This document shows positions 57,540 to 64,000 of a stretch of 64,000 bases of DNA, one piece after another. The translations under genes were made by a program, and so were the position numbers. The DNA is from Octopus vulgaris (lineage: Eukaryota). How positions within the stretch are numbered: position 1 is the stretch's first letter; every line of letters begins with the position of its first letter. The notes under the pieces are model-generated. The model saw nothing but the letters and a program-made list of their open reading frames with translations. It was not told the DNA's origin and did no database searches. The stretch spans positions 19,096,001 through 19,160,000 of the forward strand of contig OX597843.1 of the NCBI GenBank assembly GCA_951406725.2. The letters run 5' to 3'.

Positions 57540-59088
57540 GGTCAACTCATTTTAAAAACCTTCTTGGGAAGAATGCCAAAATCCCTGATAACCCCACTCT
57601 TCCAAGTGTACCTATATCAGACACGCTGGACATCAACACCTCCCCTTTTACCATATTTGAACTAACAGCAGCCACTAAGCAACTAAAAGCCTCGAAAGCA
57701 TTTGGTCCCGACAACATCCCAGCTATGATTTGGAAGGATCATAGATTTCACACACTTTGCAACCACACACTTTGCAACCACACACTTTCCACCTTTGTCG
57801 ATCCAAAGATTTGGCACCAATCTCAGATCATCCCAATACCCAAAAAGGCGATTTATCCCTCGTCACCAACTACAGGGGTATATCTCTAATGTCAATTGCT
57901 GCAAAACTGTACAACAAACTGATTCTAAATCGTCTTGTCCTTTTTGTTGAACCTTTGCTCCGAAAGAACCAAAATGGATTCAGACATGGGCGCTCAATGC
58001 TGAGCCAGATACTATGCCTACGCAAACTTATTGAAGAATCAAAAGCATTTAATCGCGATCTTGCAATGGTATTTGTAGACTTTTCTAAAGCGTTCGATTC
58101 TGTAGATAGGTACAAGATGTTTGAAATCCTTAAGCTCTACAGGATACCAGACAAAATCATCTCTGCCATCAAGGTCCTCTACTCAGATACGTCTTCAATC
58201 ATCTTAACCCCTGACTGAGAAACATCATCTTTCTCAATCAAAGCCGGAATACTGCAGGGAGACACACTCTTGTGACAGTTGATACCATCTCTGGCAAGGG
58301 CTTTGAAATAAAACCAAGAAGAAGTTCCAGACACCCAGCTGAATACTTGACAGACACTGACTTTGCTGATGACATCGCTCTTATCAGTGATTCTCTCTCC
58401 AATGCCCAGTCTCTTTTACAATTTCTCGAACAAGCCTCAAATTGTGTAGGTCTTTACCTCAATGAGGCCACGGCTGAATATATAAACAAGTGCCTGTCCA
58501 ACAGTGATTGCATCATCCATACTCTCAACAATGCGCCCCTAAATATGGTTTCTGATTATAAATATCTTGGGTCATACATATCATCATCTGAAAAAGACTT
58601 TCTGACTAGAAAGGGTATGGCCTGGTCAGCCTGAAATGATATGCATAAGATCTGGTCATAAAATCTAAGTAGAGACTTCAAACTTGAAATCTTCAAAGCC
58701 ACAGTCGAAGCAATTCTACTATATGTCTCAGAAACCTGGACGTTATCAAAGATGGAACTTACACTCAAAATCTCTCGTGGAAGCGCCATCCAACCAAAAT
58801 GCAAATATATGGGAAACTACCACCTGTGTCATCTCTTGTGAAAGGTAGGAGAGTCCAGTTTGCTGGATATTGTTGTAGAGCTGAAAAGAGGTAATTTCTA
58901 CTCTTCTCCTCTGGAAGCCATCTACTCGCAATACCAGAGGCCTCACACTCTCCTACCCTGATGTAATCTCCAGGGATACAGGAATCCAGCAACAGGACCT
59001 CCGTAATGCTATGATGGACCGTGAAGTCTGGCGTAGCATGGTAAATTCCATTGTCTCGACCACGGTTGAACAATGATGATGATGATGA
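57540..59088 (+). mobile_element. RTE-group LINE, 5'-truncated and decayed
   Basis: NYRGISLMSIAAKLYN, QNGFRHGRS, FVDFSKAFDSV, DFADDIAL, YKYLGS; (TGA)n tail. Confidence 0.9.
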
Positions 59089-59176
59089 ACTTTTAACCTT
59101 AATTTATATAAGTAGCGGAATTATAACACAGTAATTTCCCTTTGAATAATGGTATTTTTTCATAGCGTTTTTCAGA

Positions 59177-59250
59177 TGGCCAGATAACCGAAGAGATGGT
59201 GTTGTGGATTTCCACTTCGGCATCCGAAACTCAGAGTTTTATCTTGGCCA
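59177..59250 (+). ncRNA. degenerate type I hammerhead motif
   Basis: GGCCAGATAA-CCGAAGA-GATG..CATC-C-GAAAC-TCAGA-GTT-TTATCTTGGCC; long stem I; U4-to-C change in the core. Confidence 0.62.
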
Positions 59251-59348
59251 TTGAATAATGGTAACATATTAATTTACAGATAAATTTCTTCTATTTGCAT
59301 AATATTGAGGTCTCTTTCTTTTGTTATCTTACCGTTTTTACCAATATA

Positions 59349-59399
<51 letters not shown>

Positions 59400-59401
<2 letters not shown>

Positions 59402-60170
59402 ATCCCAGAGCCTAAGTCTGTGAGGGACCTGGGTATTGAGTGATGATACCGCTTTCCAAGTGCACATTACCAGGATGGCGACAAAGTGCAGACGACTGGC
59501 TGGATGGATCCTAAGAACATTCCGAACCAGAGATAAGGAAACCATGATGGTCATCTGGCGGACATTCGTCCTCAGCCGCCTGGATTACTGCTCACAGCTA
59601 TGGTCACCCACCAGTGTAAAATTAACAGCGGACTTTGAAGCAATCCAGAGAAGATTCACAAAGAAGATCGTCTCTTTGCAACAGCTCAGCTACTGGGAAA
59701 GGTTGAAACAGCTGAGACTGTACTCTCTGGAGAGAAGACGGGAGAGGTATGCAGTAATATATGTCTGGAAGATCCTGGAAGGAATCGTGCCAAAGTTTGG
59801 CATTGTAAGCTACACCAGTGCTAGAACGGGACGACACTGCATAGTGCCAAAGACCCCAGCAATGCTATCATGCTTCAGGACCAGCTTCTGCAACAGCCTG
59901 GGTTTCAAGGGCCCACAGCTTTTTAATATTCTCCCAAAGAGTCTGAGAAACTTTCACAAAGTAGATGTAGCAGTTTTTAAATCAAAGCTGGACATCTTCC
60001 TGTCGAGAGTCCCAGATGAACTTACCTCGTGGCAAGAGGTGCAAATGAGAGTAGCTATATCAAACTCCATTCTTCACCAAGTGCCACATATTAGACGAGG
60101 TTCTTCGAAAGAACAGTGTAGCACAAAACGGCGGTGAATCAGCATGGCCGCAGCTCTGAGCTGAAGCAAA
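59400..60170 (+). mobile_element. CR1-clade LINE 3' fragment, same family as 26829..28305
   Basis: ORF 59436..60137 closely matches ORF 26885..27712; flanked by (TA)n. Confidence 0.93.
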
Positions 60171-60178
60171 CAAAACAA

Positions 60179-60276
<98 letters not shown>

Positions 60277-60351
60277 GTATGTATGTATGTATGTATGTGT
60301 GTATATATACATCTGCACACATGTACATATATAGAAGTATATGTGTTCATA

Positions 60352-62023
60352 TCTATTATATCAAAGTCAATGTCTTTATGTGCGTTCGTGTGGTATTTAT
60401 ACCTTTGAAAACTGCTGCACCGATCCTAATGGAATTTCGAACAAAAAATCCAAGCCTGGGGAGAAGGGTAATGCTGTGTGTTTCATACAATTTGATGGAC
60501 CAAAATTATTGAATGGATCCTTATGATATTTGGAGCTTAGATTCAAGGCATAAGGGCAGGTATAATGCAATATGTTTAGTTTGAATTTCAGATGGCTTAA
60601 AGGGGGCAGAATCCCCATGAAAATTCATAAATTATCGATGTTCATGAAATATCAACCATGGGTAATTGACACACATCAAGAAGTATTCTCAAAGTTTCCA
60701 CTTCACATGAAGATTCCTAAGACACCCTAATGGGGGCCTTAACTCCCAAATTTTAATCATTTCTTTTAGGATCCAAAACTAGGTCAAAAGTACTGAATGA
60801 ATCTTTATGAAATTTGGAAATTATATTCTATGCATAAAGGCCATAACGCCCAGGAAAATTCATATATTATTGCTGTTGATGAAATTTTAACCATAGATAT
60901 TAGACACAAATGAAGTAATGTTTATATAATTTCATCTTCTTACAAGTTAGAAAGACCCCTTCATGGGGACTTAACACCCACAATTTTGTCATTTTATCCA
61001 AGGAAAGACGAATAGTTGTACTCTTGGAATCTGTGGGGTCATCCGAGCATAAAAGATGAGCATTATTTGTAATTCAATGGTACAACAGTGTAAGAGATTG
61101 CTTTGACATACACTTAGATTGTGATTTCTGCAATGTGCTGCATAAATTGTCAAGTAAATGAGAGGCATCTTTGACTCCACTGATTCAGTTGCAAAGTGTT
61201 GAGTAAAGTTATTTGGTTGCAGACCGCCTTTCAGTCTTTTTATTATCACTGGGTCACACATAGTCCCCACATGGTAACATTGATTTCAAGGCCTTCCCAG
61301 ATGAGTGACTGGTTATTCAAAGACATTTATGGTTCGTAAACTTATTCTGTCCAATTATGTATCATTATAGTGGTCATTTGCAAACTCCAGAGGTGACACT
61401 TTCATTTCTCCTTAGCCCTCACACCACACAGTTGTTAATATTTATTTGAGTTGGGTCACGCCCTTCCAATTGCTATAGATCCGTAATGCATCTTACGGTT
61501 GTGCCTGTCACCTACATGGGGAGGAATACTACATTGGGAGATGTAACGCCTAGGGTAGGGTAGCTGACTGCTTATTGTGATCATTCATCTTTTGGTTTCC
61601 TGTAGCTTTGCTCTCTTTTACAAACATATATTTCCTATTTCAAAGGAATTCAAACAATATATATAAGACCCAAGTTAAAAAGATTCTCAACAATTCGACT
61701 TCTCTGGTTGACATTAAGATACCCACCCCCAATAGGGGCCTTAACTCTCACATTTTAGAGCTCCATGACCTACATTTTTCAGGAGCAAAATCCTTTTAAC
61801 AGGTTCTATAAGACTGGAATTTTGGAATCGGCGCATATAAATCAGTAGTAAGGGATACATGTGATTACAATTTTTTTAGGGTGCGTAAAGAGGGAAACAA
61901 TCTTCATCTGCAATTTTGATGAAATTCGAAACATAGATATTCCAGTTCATTAGAGAAAATATACCAGAAAAGTCTAATTCTTCAATTGCATGTAACACGG
62001 GCAACGCCGGGTAACTCTGCTAG
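60352..62023 (+). mobile_element. non-autonomous Helitron
   Basis: A|TCTATTATAT 5' end; 3' GC-rich hairpin region CGGGCAACGCCGGG followed by CTAG|T; internal degenerate subrepeats. Confidence 0.75.
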
Positions 62024-62213
62024 TTAATCCTAAAATTAAATTGTAAAATTGAAATAGTTCTTAATTGCATTTTAAGTCCCCTGAATTCTTGTGTAACCAC
62101 CCCCATTTTGGAAAGCCCTGGCCTAAACCACAATAAGACAAAGTGAGATAACCCTAGATACATCATATATTATATAGAAATACTATCTCTACATGATATA
62201 TGAAGAGAAAAGA

Positions 62214-62268
<55 letters not shown>

Positions 62269-62684
62269 TTATTTATAGCAGACGTTCTACTCTAAGCTAG
62301 AAATAAAGGGAGATAATTATGAATATACGCGAGGATATTAAAACTGTTTTTAGAACAATAGAAGTGTTTAGGGAGGTGCTTAGGCATACAACAATAGCAA
62401 CAACAACAACAAAGGAACAGTTGAAAGTTTATCTTTATTTCAAAAGTTAATCTCTAACAACAGGGGAGACAAACCAGCAAAGGGATTTCTTTGTGATAGA
62501 TAGATCTGCTAGAAGTAGTAGCCAAATCGACCACAATTCATACTTATCCCCTTAAAGAAGAATACGCTGGACAATGTGTGTGTGGCTCCTGTACATTAAG
62601 AATAAAGTTAGGGTGGTCATGGCCGGAATGCATTTGATCATAAATTTCTGACCTGGGACTAAACAACAACATTTATGCAGAAAT

Positions 62685-62887
62685 TCACTCTGTTTGACTT
62701 AGACGTTCGAGGGCTGCATAGCACTCATATTGCTCAAGTGCTTTTATGAGTGTTTCCAATGTACGTTCCATTGGATCACAACCCCTAAACCATCTGAGGA
62801 GCATCTGATAGCTCTGTTCTACTGTGTCGAAGGGATAGTCATGCCTGATCATCTCTAGTTCAACATGTCTAATTCCTAATTCCATTC
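62685..62887 (-). CDS. terminal exon of a death-domain protein; upstream exons not found in the window
   Basis: ttttgcag acceptor; (G)MELGIRHVELEMIRHDYPFDTVEQSYQMLLRWF..TLETLIKALEQYECYAALERL* fits death-domain helices 2-6. Confidence 0.85.
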
Positions 62888-63075
62888 CTGCAAAAGATAC
62901 AAAAAGAAGAAATAATTGCAACAACATTAACAATAACACGAAAGATATGAACCGTGGGTTGTAATAAATATAACAAAGAAACTAGTAAAGAAACATGAAT
63001 AAGGTAAGACAAAGTTCTCTTTTTCTAAGAATGCTGATTAAAAAATAACAAAGTTGAAATAAGGTATAAAGATAC

Positions 63076-64000
63076 TCATCATCATTTAGGGCCTACTTTT
63101 CATGCCGGCATGGGTCAGACAGTTTAATTGAAACTGGTAAGCCAGAGAGCTGCACCAAGTTCCAGTCTTATTTGGCATGGTTTTTACAGTTGGATGCCCT
63201 TCCTAATGCCAACCACTCCAAAAGTGTAATAAGTACTTTTAATGTGCCACTGGCACAGGTGCCAGTTATGTGACACAAAGATCGACCACGAATATCATAT
63301 TACTTGGCTTGAGGGGTTTTCTCAAACATGGCATATCGCCAAAGGTCTCCATCACTTATTATTGCCGTGATGAGGTGCTTCACCACCTCATGCCATGTCT
63401 TCTTGGGTCAGCTCTATCCACAGGTTTCCTCCCCATTTAGAGACAGGCACTTTTTTTACATCGGCTCCCCTCATCCATATGCAGCACACAACCATAGCAG
63501 TGCATTTGTCTCTCTTGAACACCAGATCTGATGCCTCTCACTCCCAACTTATTTGTACATGCATACTGACATTGCGCATCCACCAAAACATACTAGATTC
63601 ATTTCTTTCAAGCCTACACATGTCCTCAGCAGTCACAGCCCGTGTTTCACTGCCGTGTAGTATGGCTGTTTGCACAGAAGCATCATACAGTCTGCTTTTA
63701 ATTCGGAGGGAGAGGCCCTTTGTTACCAACAGAGGTAGGAGCTCTCTGAACTCTACCCAGTCTATTCTTATTCTAGCAGCTATATTCTCAGAGCACCCAC
63801 CTCAACTGCTGACTTGGTCACCCAGATAATGGAAGGTATACACTACTTATAAGTATTTGCCCTGCCATTTCATGGAATCTATTTTCTGTACATTTCTAGA
63901 ATTTATTGAATCTGTGCACATTCCACACACAAAATCTATTTTCACTGTTAACCTTCCTCTTATGTGTCCATAGCTAACATTGGGTACATCTTAAGGAGTT
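63076..64000 (-). mobile_element. RTE LINE 3' region
   Basis: KGLSLRIKSRLYDASVQTAILHGSET..RLERNE..M; FHYLGD; 3' UTR ending in (ATG)n. Confidence 0.8.

Overview
Repeat-rich, AT-rich animal genomic DNA. The SINE and microsatellite make-up points to a coleoid cephalopod (Octopus-like); this is an inference. Most ORFs in the track are microsatellite artefacts. Host genes: (i) a + strand leucine-rich-repeat/adhesion-type GPCR locus read from splice sites, with four 72-bp phase-2 LRR exons (105, 9420, 10602, 13404), a TM4 exon (32780), a TM5-TM7 exon (34444) and a terminal exon ending in the PDZ-type motif ETNF (39191); the GAIN/GPS and TM1-3 exons were not found, and there is an assembly gap at 18329-18428; (ii) a frameshifted beta-propeller-like ORF (about 47140-48290); (iii) the last exon of a death-domain gene on the - strand (62685-62887). 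Mobile DNA includes clusters of restriction-like-endonuclease (R4/Dong-type) LINEs stacked in (TAA)n tracts, CR1 and RTE LINEs, two mariners, a Gypsy pol remnant, a probable solo LTR, Helitrons, MITEs and tRNA-derived SINEs. The most notable unannotated signals are: six type I hammerhead-ribozyme motifs (Penelope/retrozyme-like), all pointing 3' into (TA)n tracts, two of them in the arms of a near-perfect 802-bp-arm palindrome inside the last GPCR intron; a small inverted-repeat element carrying a decayed retinol-dehydrogenase (SDR) gene fragment; and LRR exons that were duplicated together with their flanking intron sequence.
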